64,000 nucleotides of DNA from Lytechinus pictus (taxonomy: Eukaryota): contig NC_087245.1 in the NCBI RefSeq assembly GCF_037042905.1, forward strand, positions 2,172,001-2,236,000, read 5' to 3'. Below, one piece after another: positions 39,915 to 53,876 of this stretch. Under the pieces are notes generated by a model. That model was not told where the DNA came from and made no database searches. It saw nothing but the letters and a program-made list of their open reading frames with translations. The stretch's first letter is position 1; each line of letters begins with the position of its first letter. A program made the translations under genes and the position numbers.

Positions 39915-40494
39915 AGGTCAAGTCCACCCCAGGAAAATGCTGACTTGAATGAATAAAGAAAAATCAAACTAGCATAGTGCTGAAAATTTATCAAAATCGG
40001 ATGTAAAATAAGAAAGTTGTGACATTTTAAAGATTCGCTTATTTTTCACAAAACAGTTATATGCACATCTAGGTGACTCAGTCGATGATGTTTATCACTC
40101 ACTATTTCTTTTGTTTTTTATTGTTTGAATTATACAATATTTCATTTCTTACAGATTTGACAATAAGGACCAACTTGACTGAACCATATAGTATTAAACA
40201 ATGCTAATTCCATATGTTCAGGGAGGAATTAATAGTTGTATCACTTGACAATGAGAAAATTAGAATATTTCATATAATAAAATACAAAAGAAATAGTGAG
40301 TGGATGACGTCATAGTCTCCTCATTTGCATACCAGCCAGGATGTGCATATAACTGTTTTGTGAAATTAAGCGAAAATTTAAAATGTCATAACTTTCACAT
40401 TTTACATCTGTTTTTTATGAAATTTTTAGTGTTATGCTTCTTGGATTTTTCTCTTTTTATTCAAATCAACTTTATGTTGGGGTGGACTTGTCCT
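39915..40494. mobile_element. Foldback MITE, Kolobok-type (TTAA TSD)
   Basis: TTAA at 39911-39914 and 40495-40498. TIR AGGTCAAGTCCACCCCA vs AGGACAAGTCCACCCCA. Imperfect inverted similarity continues about 200 bp inward (e.g. TTCACAAAACAGTTATATGCACATC / GATGTGCATATAACTGTTTTGTGAA). Confidence 0.9.
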
Positions 40495-43400
40495 TTAAAT
40501 AAGCAAGTATATATGTAGGGATTTCCCCTATAGAAAAACTGTAGGGCATTAGCTTTCAAAATCAATAGAATTGATCGGATCTTTGTTTTAACTTATGATG
40601 ATTGAGTATTGATTCTCGAGAAATTTGTAAAACTGTATGGTATAATTTGTGGTGTTGGAAAAAAATCATGGTTTCCAATTAGATTACCAATTTGGTTTGC
40701 TTTTCAGTGAGCATTCCAAGTTATTGAATATACGGTCTACCACTTTTAAAGCAAGGTTGTAATTGAATTGAAGATGAAATATTTTAAGAAAGCATGGTAT
40801 AGACCTACATCTGCTGGAATATATACGTCTGCATTGCTCATTCCCAGATTAACTATGAAATCATTCACATTTAAGTACAGTTATGGAGCACATAAATGTA
40901 ATTTTGTCATTTGATTAGCGAAAGGTGTGAAAATTGGTAACATGTGTGGGAGTGGTGGAGAGAGAGAAAATTAATGGTGATTTTTTGTTGTATTATTATC
41001 ATTCATTCCTTCATTTATTTGATATTGAGATTTAAGTTGTGATTCTATTGTCTTTGCCTTCATCTCCTCTCAATTAATATTCCTTTTGTCTTTTTCCTTC
41101 ATCTTTTCACTCCATCTCCTGGTATTGCCCCTCTTTCTCATTTTTTAGCCTCTTTCCGTTTCCTCCCTATCACAGTCAATATTGAAGGAATTCAATATCA
41201 GGTCATCTTGTTAGATCATACGTTCACACATTCACGGTTATTAGCATGCAGCACATGTTTGCCATGAGCGTGGTAATTATTGAATCTATTGATCTCCATT
41301 GCAAACAGTTCTGATGGACAATCTTAAAGAAAGACCAGTTTTGGTGTATCGATTTCTATTCCCAGGCCCAGGCAAATTTGAGGTAGTCTTAGCATACCGA
41401 TGGCTTGCCAATTTTGTGAGGTGATCTGTAGCACGTACTAGTAGTAGGAAAGTGATTTGGTAGAGACGATTGCTACTGTTTGGACTGCACTGTTGCGTTC
41501 TGAATTCGATTTATTTATTAACAGTATCCTTTAGTAATGTCTTTTGATAAAAATAATTGAATAGATGGAGAAAAAGGATGAGGAAGAGAACAGAAGAAAG
41601 ATGAGACAAAAAAAATGGCAGGTTGGCAAGAAGAGAGGCAGACAGACAGATAAGAGGAACATATTTAGGAGAGGTTGATGAACAGAGAGCCCGGTAAAAC
41701 TAGGTCAGTTATGAGAGGGTCAACATTTGAAAGCGCCCACAAGTCTGGTGAAAACTTGAGGCATGTTCTCATCTCATTGAGAAATAAATACAAGTCTTCC
41801 TCAAAGAGAGACAGAACGAGAGATAGGGAGGGAAATGGAATGGGACCAATAAGGAGAGGAGGAGCAGGAGGTGGAGTAGAAAAGAAAGAATATTGCAGAA
41901 GGGGTAGGGAAGAATGGCAAGAAGTTGTAAGTTAAGTGCAGGCTTGTTGGTTATCTGCTGTTCTTCAAATATTCATGGCCCCATCTTGATCAATATACAA
42001 GCAAGTCTGTTTCAAGGAAAGGTTACAAAAGCCACTTGAAAATAGATCATTCGCTAGACCTGTTTGCCTTTAAATGTACATAAAAATAATGTAATGCATT
42101 CAAATCAATGTACATATGCTAGGATGTCAATAAGACCCTTTGGCAAGTGGTACATGTGAATAAAATGTACCCATCTGTAAACTGAGTTTTGTATATAGTT
42201 TAGTTGGGTCCTTTCTGTCATTAATGAATAATGATCATTAACCAAATGCCACTTAACCAAAGTCTGCCGTTTATTTTGTAGATGACTAATTTTTGGCCAG
42301 TGTGTTGCATTGATGACACCTAATTAATGTGAGCCATTTTCTAAAGGGCAACAGTGAATTCAACAATGTATCATCCCTGAAATGTAGGACATCAACAAAA
42401 GACTGGCAGTTTGACAATGATTTGGGCAAAATGAAGCATTCTAATCCATTGGTTCATTGCAAACATATGGACTAGATTACTGTTTCCGTAAACATCTCAA
42501 ATAAAAGCAAATAATTTCGAATAAAATCAGTGTATCATATTTCAATGAATATGGCATTTTTTCTATCTTTGATAAATAATTTGTTACTTACACAGGTTCA
42601 TTTGAATCAGATGATATGAAATAGAGAATGTGAAATAGAGTATATTCCCTACATTTCCTCTGCTTCTCCATTCTACAAAATATCAAATTATCATCATTTT
42701 TGTTGTTGCCCTCATGCTAATGGGTTTACCTACTTCCCTACATAAGAGAAGCGGTGCTTGTGTCGCAGACAATGCATGCTCTTATTATTTACCTAAAATT
42801 CTAGCCCGTGCAGTGACAAAAGAGAAATGTGACAGGCTCTTTGACATTAAATGTACACACCATTTCTGAAAAGAACACAATAAGAGGTTGACCTTGTGTC
42901 ATGGGGGTCAAGCTCGCCACCATGCAAGCTCAGAATGGGGGCGAATGATGTGAATTTCATATTGAACCTGAGTGATTAGCCAGATATTTTTCAGAACCGA
43001 AGTCAAGTATGAAACTTGATAGATGAAGATAGTCTCCCAGTCATTATGAATCTGTAAAGCTAGAACCGTAGGAAAAATCATGCAAAATTAAGTGGACATA
43101 TTGTGTTTATAGCAAAGGTCAATCTTGATTCCCTGTGAGGTTTATTTTTTGGCAGATGTCTTGAGGGATGGAGATAGGTCTGAGCAGGGACACAGTTCTT
43201 AAATCCTTTCTGACCACTAACTCAAGATGGGTTTTCGGTTTCCCATTTTCCAATCTTAAAAGTACCTCTTAAGGTTCCTTATGACCTCATTAGAACTCCT
43301 CCTCCTATGGTCTAGATGCCACATTTCAATAGTCCAAACATATCTTTAACATAAAATATTACATATGCCCTTTGTGCATAAAGGTAGCACTTGAAAGAAA

Positions 43401-46400
43401 TAGCCCACAGAGTTCAGCAATCCCCAAATGTGGCGAAAAAACAAAACAAAACAATTTTCTACCCAGGTGTTTATGAATTGTTCCCATTGATTCGCCTGCA
43501 TTGCAACTGATAATCTTTATATGTACTTAATTCCAGAATTCTAGTGCTGTCAAGCATTTTGTATATGTCATCAAATTTGTATTATTTTTTGTCTCCAAAG
43601 TTTCTGATGCAGAATAGATTGGGAACAAATGCAGCTGGGTAACACAATTGTAAAACAAAGTCAAATGTTCTGTGATGTGAAATTATGACGGCATATTGCG
43701 GCTAAACTGAAAGTTGGTTTGATTCTTGAAATCCATAGTCCAAAGGGAGAATATGAAGATGATGATTGGCTGGATGATGATAGGCTTGACTTGGTCTAGT
43801 ATTGGTCTTGATGAGTGATGTTCATATGAATATCTTGGGTATAGAGAAAAAGGACCAGATGTTGTGTGATTTGTATGGGTTAGGGATGGGACGGGAGGGG
43901 TGGGGTAAGGGTTGGTCTTCCAGTGTTTTGGGGAATGCTAGGCCAGTAACCTGTTAACTTGCTTTGTAGTCTGACTTGAAAGACCCTGTTGTGAATGGAG
44001 AAATAATGATTTTTGGTAAATTGTGTAAATTGTATATCACTTTTTAATTCACATCAGAAAAGGAAGGGGGTGTGCGATTCAAGAAGAAAAATTATAACTG
44101 GTAGATTTTTTCACTTGAAGGAAGTAAAACGTGTCACTATGGTGTATGAAGGCTGTGCTATTGGGGCATGGCTTACTGACCAACAAACATTAGTCTTGTA
44201 ATAAGACTATGCAGAACAAAAGGGAGTCTGGAAAGGGCATTACATGGGTGGCTGAAAAGCAGATAAAACCTACACTGACTCAACCTGCCATCATAATTTC
44301 TGAATGAAGATCAAAAACTGTTGAAAGTCAGGACATTACAAAGGGAATTATGAAGCCTCCATGCAAAAACCCTTTGTTGACTTGTCTAAATGGAAGCAAT
44401 AAAAATAATCATCTGTCTCAAAACAGACAATGTGGATAAACTAAAGAGAAAGTTAATTGCTTTTAATTTTAATGGCAAGTAATCAAAGGGGATTATGTCA
44501 CTCTGTAGTCATATGACTGGTGATCATATTCCCGAGTCTAATTGTGATGGGTCACAAAGTAATATTTGATGGAAGTTTGATAGATGGTCAGTAGAGTGGC
44601 TAGTGTTTGATCACTGATTAGTCTATATAACAGACTCTTGTTTTGGGGGGCGATCTGGAAGCTAGTCTCTAATGAACAGCCCCCTTATGCTGAGAAGCTT
44701 TGAAGATTAAGGGTGCATTTATTGTCGTGTTTGAAATGGGCAGCTGATTCGTAAATACAAATGCTGATCTGGAAATGCTTTTCTTGGTTGATGCGTTTAT
44801 CACCTCATTTTGAGAGCATTCAAACCTGGATTAAAATCTATGTTTCTGTACAGCCGCAAAGCGCAGTTTGACACAGGAAGTAAAGGTCAATTCACACACT
44901 CCTACATTTATACTATAACCAGGGACGTGAGAGGGAGATATGCTCTTCATCAACCAGAAACAAAAAGAAGATCAAAATATTGATCTTACTCTCAAATCAA
45001 AATGCGTTATTGTCTCTTCAATAAACATGGAGGCCTAGTTGCCTCAAATATGAATCGAATCCCACAAATTAGTGATAGATGCACCTTAATTAAGAAAGAT
45101 TTCATGTTTTCTTTTTAAGTTGAATTAAATCTGTTTATTTTTCCCCACTAACATTAAATCTATTTATATGTTAAATCAGAGTTTGTGTCTAAGTCTTGTA
45201 TTTATGTTTTCTGATTCATGATTTATAGATATTTCTGAGTTATACTTTGTGGTCTTCTGGCAGATATTAGCGTGTTTATGCTTTCTGGGGGAAATTTATA
45301 GTAAAAAAGAATATGTAAATAAGAAATGCTTCCAGTATTCTTCGCTTCAAATATTTTCTTAAGACATACCTTTTTCCTCAATAATTCCTTTTTCTTATTA
45401 TCTTGAATGTCTGATTGTGTTTATTGTAAATGTGATAATTATTTGTCATACTTCATGCTACATGGTAATTGTTTTCAGCGGTTCTAAATATCAATTATTA
45501 GTCTTATAATATGGAATACCCCAGTAGATGCAAACTATATATACTTCATATTGCATTTGACTCTGATTTTAATATTGTGTTAAAAAGATCTTCAAAAGCG
45601 TTGAATAGAGATACTGTGCGGGTGTTTTGGAGTTTTTACATTGAACAGTGACAGCTTTATTCATTACCTTTCAGAACACGTGCACACTCATTATGGTTTA
45701 ATCTAATGTTGAGGTGATTGCAATTAAAGTGTCCAGCTGTATCTAAGAGTTAATAGTAAATTATTATGTGTGAATTGAACATCTATCAGCAATTCTCTCT
45801 GTAAAGTTTTATAAGAGACTCCAGCTATAACACCTCTTCATTAGCAGATGTGACTGGATACCACTGGGGGGGGGGGTGGAAAATTCATAAATCAAAGTGC
45901 GCAGAAGTATCTTATATAAAATTCAATGTGTTCATGGGTTGGGGAGGGGACTTTTTCCTGAAATAAGATTGATTCAAAGATGTCTTTCTTATTCTGAAAT
46001 GCACACATCTATAACATTTGGATTATACATATACTTCACATCAGGGGCTTGGTTACTAAAGAATTTGTTTTCAATATTGCAAATAAGTTATGTTAGTCCA
46101 GGCCATAAGAAGTTCATTCTCGTTGAAAATAAGAATAGTGAGTCAGAACTCAAGATCAAGTTAGCCTGACCTGGTAGGAGAATCCTATATTTGAATGTTT
46201 ACAAAGAAACCAGACTACTGTCAATATTTTGATCATGTTCAAGAGTCAAGCTCATTACCATACAATGTGTTTTTGTGGTAAAACATGACATAGTCAAATT
46301 TTCCTCCTAATTCTGTGCGGTTGTTCTTCTGTAAAATTGTATTTTTATCCAGATAGTATCATTAAAGACAATGTTAATTTCTATATTGGAAAAAATAAGA

Positions 46401-47675
46401 TTTTGGTGCTTATTTCATAATTTCATTGACTGACTAAGTAGAAATTAATTCTAGAATACTGAGAAAATGGATTAGGAGTTATATTTAGCATGAATGCATG
46501 AATATTGTAATAAAAATACTTTGAAAACCACAAATAAAAACATTACACGCTGGTATGGGAGGGGGGGGGGGCTGGTGAGGGAATCCATACTCTTTTATAA
46601 AAATCAATTTGAATACAGACAATGTAATATAGAAATACAATTATTTTAACAGAAAGGGGGATCATAGAGACAATGATTTTTTTTGAAAATCTTTTGTGAT
46701 TGGTTAATTTTTGTCTTATTTTGTTGTTGTAGAACTTACTTTAATCAAAGCTCAACTCCCCCCCCCCATTTTGAGGTGATAGCTGTTCCTGTCTATTTGG
46801 TCATTCCTTGGTGTATCACAAGCCCTACTCTCTTCATCTTTTACATGAGGAATCTTCAAAGAGTACATTCCTTGTTCAAACCTCTCCTGTTCTCCCTTCT
46901 CCCGTGAAGAGTCAGGCAGAAACGATGGAGAAACATTGCTTGAACACCGGTTCTTCTTTGGGTAAATATGGACTCCCATCGACCAGCAGCACCTTAATGA
47001 AACCAGGGAAGTGATGTCGGGGTATAGCATGTACTCGACATAACACTGATTGAGAACCTCCTTCATGGTCACAATGAGGAAACCACACATATGGGTTGAC
47101 TCTCTACTAGGCGACACATCCTGACATTTTCCTGTGCTTGTTAATGCAGTGTTTATCGACGATATCTCAGCAATTTTACGAGTTTGCTCTGTCGCTTTGG
47201 TTCAAATTGGAAGCCGAATGTTGAAGTTTGCAGAGATGGGACTTCTTGTAGGATGCTTGGGGGTGATTAGAATGACCAACGAGATAGGAAATGAGAAGTG
47301 TCTGGGACAAGAACATGGGGTGATGTTAAAATATTCAGAAAACTTTCTAAGATATTTGATTGATCCTCTTTCTTAATCAACTGTGTTTATGATCAAAAGC
47401 AGATCATTCTTCTATGATATAACATTGGAAGTGATGAAAATTATAACCAAGTAGAGAGTGACTTGTTTTTGTGAACATTAAAACTTGTCCTATATTTTAC
47501 ATCCAGCTCCATAAATCAAATGCAAATTAGTTTTTTACAAATGCCAAAGCTAGATATGCCAGCACCCCTAGTCTACTCATATCTTATGCAATAGAAATGA
47601 ACTGGATACGTTTTTTTTTTTGGGGGGGGGCAGATATTTAAAGTTAGACTAGACCCTCTAATTTTCCTCCCTATA

Positions 47676-48659
47676 CAGTGCGTATCAAAAAAAAGTTTAC
47701 ACTTAGAAAAAATCCTCTGAAATTATACATTTGTAATATCCTGAAATTTTTTCCACATTTTAACATTGGTACAGATCCATTTAAGCAAATGACGATATAA
47801 CTGTCGAAAAATATTTCCGCTTGAGCGAGCACCACTTACTTTTGAAAAGTTAGTGAAAAATGATTTGCGCAGAGCTTTTGAATAGTTATGCAAATAAAAG
47901 TAGACCTTAATCACAAAGAACATGTGCAATTTAGCTAGTAAAATTGATTTGAAGATATCTTTTACCTTTTTAAACTTGTTTCCTTGCCCAAACCATTCAA
48001 AGAGTGCATTGCGCCCCACCCGACTCCCCCACACACTGAGGCCATCGTGACAATATTTACTTTACACTGAGCTGTGATTTACATGAAATGGCTTAGGCTT
48101 GATTTTCATATTGTTAATCATTGTCAAGCTTGGGAAAAGTGTGGAGAAAGAATTATTAAATGAAAAATGAAATGTAAACCCACTTTAAATGATAAAAACT
48201 TAGTGAAAAAATGCTGGAGATGTCTGATGTAAACCTTTGTTCAGATTCAGTTATGTCCTCAGATCCAGCTGGCACAAAAAAGGTAAAGGTTGTGCTTACT
48301 AAGTGTTGAAATTTCAATTTGGGTGGCAAATTGTTACAAAATGCTTGAATGTATCCGTTTTATTTCAATTGACTAAAAGTGCAAGGGAAATGTATGAGAA
48401 ATGTTTCGCAGGGTAAGTTTGATTTCGCCCTTTCCCCTTGACACAGCGTGAAAATGAGCATTTCTGCGCAAAAAGATTTCTGCGAGCTTTACAAAAATGG
48501 ACAGTGCTCACTCAAGTGTAACATTCTGTCAAAACTTTTACTTTCATTGGATAGATGAGACCCAAACCCAAGATTATATGTGAAAAAATTACCCACATGT
48601 TGTATATTCTTTAATTCTCAGCTCTTTTTCAAAGTGTAATTTTTTTTTGATACGCACTG
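47676..48659. mobile_element. Non-autonomous Tc1/mariner element (984 bp)
   Basis: TA TSD at 47674-47675 and 48660-48661. TIR CAGTGCGTATCAAAAAAAA...TTACACTT at both ends. No transposase ORF. Confidence 0.9.
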
Positions 48660-48997
48660 TATACCATACAAAGTAAGAGCTCACCCAAGCTTGGAAGCAG
48701 ACGGGATCTAGGCCTATATGACAGTGAAAGTTACCTTTACCTCAGTCTTAGGAGATAGCCTCTTGTACAACCAACATTATGAGTTCATATCTAATGCTGA
48801 TAGTAATTACTGGGTAGACACAAAAAAAACCCAACTTTCATAATTTTATGTGAAAACTGTTATATTAATAACGATCCAACTTATATCACTGCAATGTGCA
48901 ATTTATGAGCATATCAAAGATACCCTGATTAGATATATTGCTCAACATTTAAAGAAAATAGCTCAAAATAAACAGATAGTTTATTTCCACTGAACAG

Positions 48998-49003
48998 GAA
49001 TAG
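48998..49003 (+). CDS. Candidate 6-nt microexon GAATAG
   Basis: TTTATTTCCACTGAACAG|GAATAG|GTAAGT; consensus donor, moderate acceptor. Confidence 0.2.
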   Translation, partial: E

Positions 49004-52000
49004 GTAAGTTGTGAGTCTGTGCCTAAGAACAATGCTTTCATTAAACAAATATTAATTTTGTGTTTTTGAATTGATATTTCTGGAATGTTTTTATAGCACA
49101 ATGTCATTACAGAAAGAGGAAAATAGGTTATCAAACAGAAACGTGTTTATGTTAATTAACACCCACTAAAAGCATATCTATATCATCCACTCCAATTGAT
49201 AACTGATTTGAAATATATCTGTCATTCTTTGTTGGCAAAAACTATGGAATACCATCACTACCATAAAAGTATATGATTTTTCACCTCATTCAGCAAAAAA
49301 CAAAGAGGAATATATATTAAAAAGCCATGGGATTTTTTTAGCCATCCATTCTGTAAAAAGAAGTATGGAAATGTGACGAGTGCATTTATAAGCCATAGTC
49401 ATGTTGGAGATAGTGTTTGAATGCCTTTATTGTAGCTTAAACCACTTAGAAATATGAAATGAGTGACCTTGTTTTTTGCATGACTAGGTATCTGTGAGTA
49501 ATTAACAGTGTCATTAGTGGATGTCTAATTGCAAGGATACTGGACATTATTTTCAGTCTAGTGATTTCCATCCTCTTCATCTTCATCTCTTTTTTTCCTT
49601 CTACATTATATTTTCATTATTTAGTGGTTTTGTTTTTGCTTTCTCCCCTTTCTTCAACAATCTCTCTCTTTTTGTTTCTGTCTGTCTCTCTCTTCTCTCT
49701 CTATTGCAGTCGTTAAAAAAGATATAATTTTTTGAATTTGTAATAGAATATTACACATGGAAACGCTGGTCACAGCATTAATGTTACGGAAAAAGTTTTT
49801 TTCTCGCCTATTTTACAATAATCTGTTGGAAGTTTATTTCCATTGTAATGATTTAATTTGTCACTTTTCATTTAATGGTGTCTTATAGCCTACTTTGAAT
49901 TGAAAAATTCAAAATATTTTCAAATAAGAGGTATCATTGAATGGATGAAGACGTAGTAGATGAAAGGATGGACTTAGAAATGAATGAAGGAAAAGAAAGG
50001 GCTAACCAATATAAGGTAGGGGTAGCTACAAGCTAGGTGAGACCAAGATGGGAGTATCAAGTTTCTAATATAGCCTCATTTGATGTTAAACTCAGATACG
50101 CAAGGACAAAATAACTTTGGTTTGTAAATAGCTTCTAAGGATATAGAAGATTGAGGTCCTTTAGAATCTGTGTCATACCTGATAGTATTGTGTTTTCACC
50201 AAAACAAATGGTAGTCAATAGATCAATGTCAAAGCTACATATTTTAGTTCCTGTAGCGTTTCCTGTTCTCTATTAACCATCATACTGGGATATCCTCCCA
50301 CGTAGACCGTCATCAATATTTTCCGCAAGAACCGTTCCAAGAAAGTGGACTTTCCTGTTTCTTAGGGCAGAGATTGACTCAGAAATGGATACGCTCAATT
50401 ATCACACTTCTCTGACTGTATCTGGGAAAGGTTTTAAGGTTATAGGCTGAGCTTCGGGAGAGTTTAAATCCATTCGGGCGGTGCATGTTCTTGTTTATAT
50501 TTACTTCAACATGTGTACGAAATTGGGTTACAAACTCACAATCAAACTATATTCTTTATGAAATATTAGAAAAGATTAGGATGACAACTGTTTTTGTCTT
50601 CATGCTAATCATTGTTTATAACTTTGAATTGGTTTTGAAGAAGACATTGAAATTTGATGTTTTTTATTTAATCTTATGGATTATGATGTGAATCACGTAA
50701 TATAAAAGTAAAATTTTGTTTACATCAATAACATTTACATATACTTGCACAAGATCAAATGCAATTCTACATCAGGTAAATAGAGGCATAATTACTGTGT
50801 ACAAGCACTATAAAACCAGCAATTACGTATCAATTATGCTGAGTGAACCAAATGTCAAATTTGATAGTGTACGTAGGCTGTTTATTTATAATACACACTC
50901 TTTATAAATCATTGATCAATGTTGATGAGTATATCGTCTGTTTTTTTTTTTCTTCCTCTGTTTTTGATCTACCCCCCTAAATCCTGTAACTGCCTTGGGG
51001 GTCATCAAGCGTTGCAAATTGAAGACGTTTTAAGAGGGTGTCGTTATGGAAGCCTTATTGTGGGTCATTCGTTCAAGACTTAGTGATGCGTTGCCGTGGG
51101 ATTGATGCTAGTAATAAATGCAGAAGGTTCGATGCTCAAGGGAATATAATGATAATTATTCAAGGGTCTGAATTTCAGGATTATTGGTCCCAATATCATG
51201 TAGAATCTACAAATATGTTTTTTCTTCTTTTCAAGGTTTAAGAATTTATATTGCAATAAATGTCTCATGTCCTATATTAGGTTTAAGGCAAAGTTGTTAC
51301 AGCTTTCTGTGATATTATTGCTTTGAAAATATCACAACATTAGCACAATGAGCATTACACTTTTCATTTTTTATTGAAGAAATGAGCAAATGGAAAATGA
51401 TTTGTTGATGAATATTTATGTGCTGTTAAATGCCAGAGGTAGAATTAATGTTAGTCCTCTATTAGGTTTAATGATGAGGATTATTGCATTAACATATCAA
51501 AATAAAATAAATTATCCAAAATGGTGTTTGCCTGCTCAGTGCTTCTTTTCAGATAAAAATATACAAAGATAAACCTCATTCTCTCCCTGTACCTGTCTGT
51601 CTTACGCCTGAATATGAAATGTTTTTTTCCTTCTTAATTGCATTTTCTTGCCTAGTATCACAATGCTGCTTAAAAGAGAGAGAGAGAAAACCCCCCAGTG
51701 CTGAATGAATGTGAATCCAACCTTAGATGGGTTTGAGTAAAGTTTCTTATTCTCAATATGCCCTTTTGATATGACCCCCCCCCCCATGAACTAAAATATT
51801 TACGCAATATCTTGTTTTCTTCTGATACATTCCGTTCTTTTTGCATAGGATGTGATTCCAGCTAGATTGAATTTCTCTAGTTCTGAAATCATATGGCGTA
51901 GGCCCATACTGATTCATAAATTATGCATTACAAAAACTTTTCCCAAAATAACCTTGTTATGTGTTTGCATTCTGATGTGTAATTCTAGCCTCAAAAGTTT

Positions 52001-53213
52001 GATTAATGTCACCCTTATTTGATGTTATTGATGAAATCAAATGAGGTAACACCAGATTCTAATGTTAATTAATTACATATCCCTATCAGAGTAGTTTTAT
52101 GGATTATATAGGGAGTTGCAAGGGATAGCTATTTTGTTTAACAGACATCTTAGGATTACTGTTGCCCTTTGCATGAAGACAGTTATCAGGGTTATGGAAA
52201 ACAGTTTAATTCCTTTGAGATGATCATTCTTGATCATGACTGTGCATCTAACAGACTTGAAGTGAGTTTGAGAGTTGATAGGCAGTTCAAGAGACATTGT
52301 AATGGAAAACGTGTTAGGATCAGATCTGACAGATATATTCGATCAGGATCCCATTGTTCTAGTCATGGTGGTAGCCCTGTTTAGTGTAAGGTTACATTTA
52401 TTCATTATCTTCAACCTTTTCTTTTACTTGAGCTGTAACATGAAGCTTTACATTTTGACTTTACCAGTCTTCAATCCCTGTATTTTCCATCAATTAATTG
52501 AATGAATTAGGATTTCTGATATATTAATAATCTTGTTCAGAAAGTTAATAAAATCTTGTTAAATCTGTGGAGTCCTTTAAGGTCTGCAAACCAAAGGAAC
52601 TGTGTATAACAACAAGTTTTGGAATACTTATTAGTATTGTTAAATACCAAATCAATAGCAGTCATATGCTCCATATCTGCACCAAAAATAGAATTTATGT
52701 AACCAAAATAATGGGTTCACATGAATTAGGAAATCCCTATAATTAGAAGTAAATATATTTATTGCCAATTCACTAGGATTTATTGCATCTATATCCACAA
52801 TCCTCTATAACCTTATTTGGTAAATCCATTGTTGATTGGGATCAATAAAGATCACAGCTTGAATTTACCTCGGGGGGGGGGGGGGTTCATTTCATCCCCC
52901 CTGAAAAATTTAAAATTATTTCATTTTTTTATAACAGATCATGTTATTGGTATTAGTGCACCATCATCATAGGCATGAAATTTGAATTAATATAAGAATA
53001 AATTGATTTACTTGGCTGGTGCAGAGGGGTCAGTCACTACAGAATATTTGATACGACTCTTCCTGATGCAGTTTTCCCTTGTTTGTGGACATGCACGTTT
53101 CCTCTTGACATCAACATTACTGACGCAAATATCATGTTCCAAAACCTCGAACAACACAGATTTTTAATCTTGTCAAAGGCATATAAAAACTATAATTTTG
53201 TAAAGATAAATCA

Positions 53214-53876
53214 TTTTTGTCTGGCCTGCATAGCAGAGCAAGACTATAGGCGCCGCTTTTCACGTTGGCAGCGGCAGCGGCGTTGTCAACATAGTTTTGG
53301 AAAATGTCATCATAACTTAGAAAGTGTATGGACCTAGTTCATTAAACTTGAACATAGGGTAATTAAGTATCATTGAATATCCCTTTTGAGTTCCAGGTCA
53401 CATGACCAAGGTCAAAGGTCATGTAGAGTCAATGAACTTAGATTATGTTGGGGAATCAAAACAAAATCTTAACTGAGGTTAATTTTTTTGAAATATCAAA
53501 ACTTCGAAAATATTTCAAGCTTGGACATAAGTGTAATCAAGTATCAGTGAATATTCTGCATGATTTTCAGGTCACATTACCTAGGTCAAAGGTCATTTAA
53601 GGTAAAAATGAACTTTGGCCATCATTATTTGAAAGTTTATGGATATAGTTCATGAAATGTGGACATAGGGGTAATCAAGTATCACTGATCATTTTGCACC
53701 AGTCCTATGTCATGTGATCAAGATCAAATGGCATTTAGGGTCAATGAATATAGTATTTCATTATCATATGTATATTTTTTTGGTAAATAATTATTCTGTA
53801 TCATTTTCAAAGTCAGCACTGCTGCTCTATTGAATCGTGTAATGTAGGCGAGACTGTCAGAGGCACTCCACTTGTT
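53214..53876 (+). mobile_element. Helentron/HINE-like (DINE-1/pearl-type) non-autonomous element with internal tandem core repeats
   Basis: T-run start; asymmetric subterminal inverted repeats GTCTGGCCTGCA (53219-53230) and TGTAGGCGAGAC (53843-53854); GGCAGC mini-repeat; about three diverged 140-180 bp units containing GGACATA...AAGTATCA...GTCACATGACCAAGGTCAAAGGTCAT; ends CTTGTT. Confidence 0.7.

Noticed and set aside
14822..40498. piggyBac assignment for the two TTAA-flanked elements
   Set aside because: Their termini are AG...CT (Kolobok-type), not CC...GG.
48400..48420. CAG|G|GTAAGT 1-nt exon candidate
   Set aside because: It lies inside the Tc1/mariner element and has a poor pyrimidine tract.
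49660..49715. Strong-looking acceptor CTCTCTATTGCAG
   Set aside because: It derives from a CT-rich simple repeat and has no matching donor downstream.
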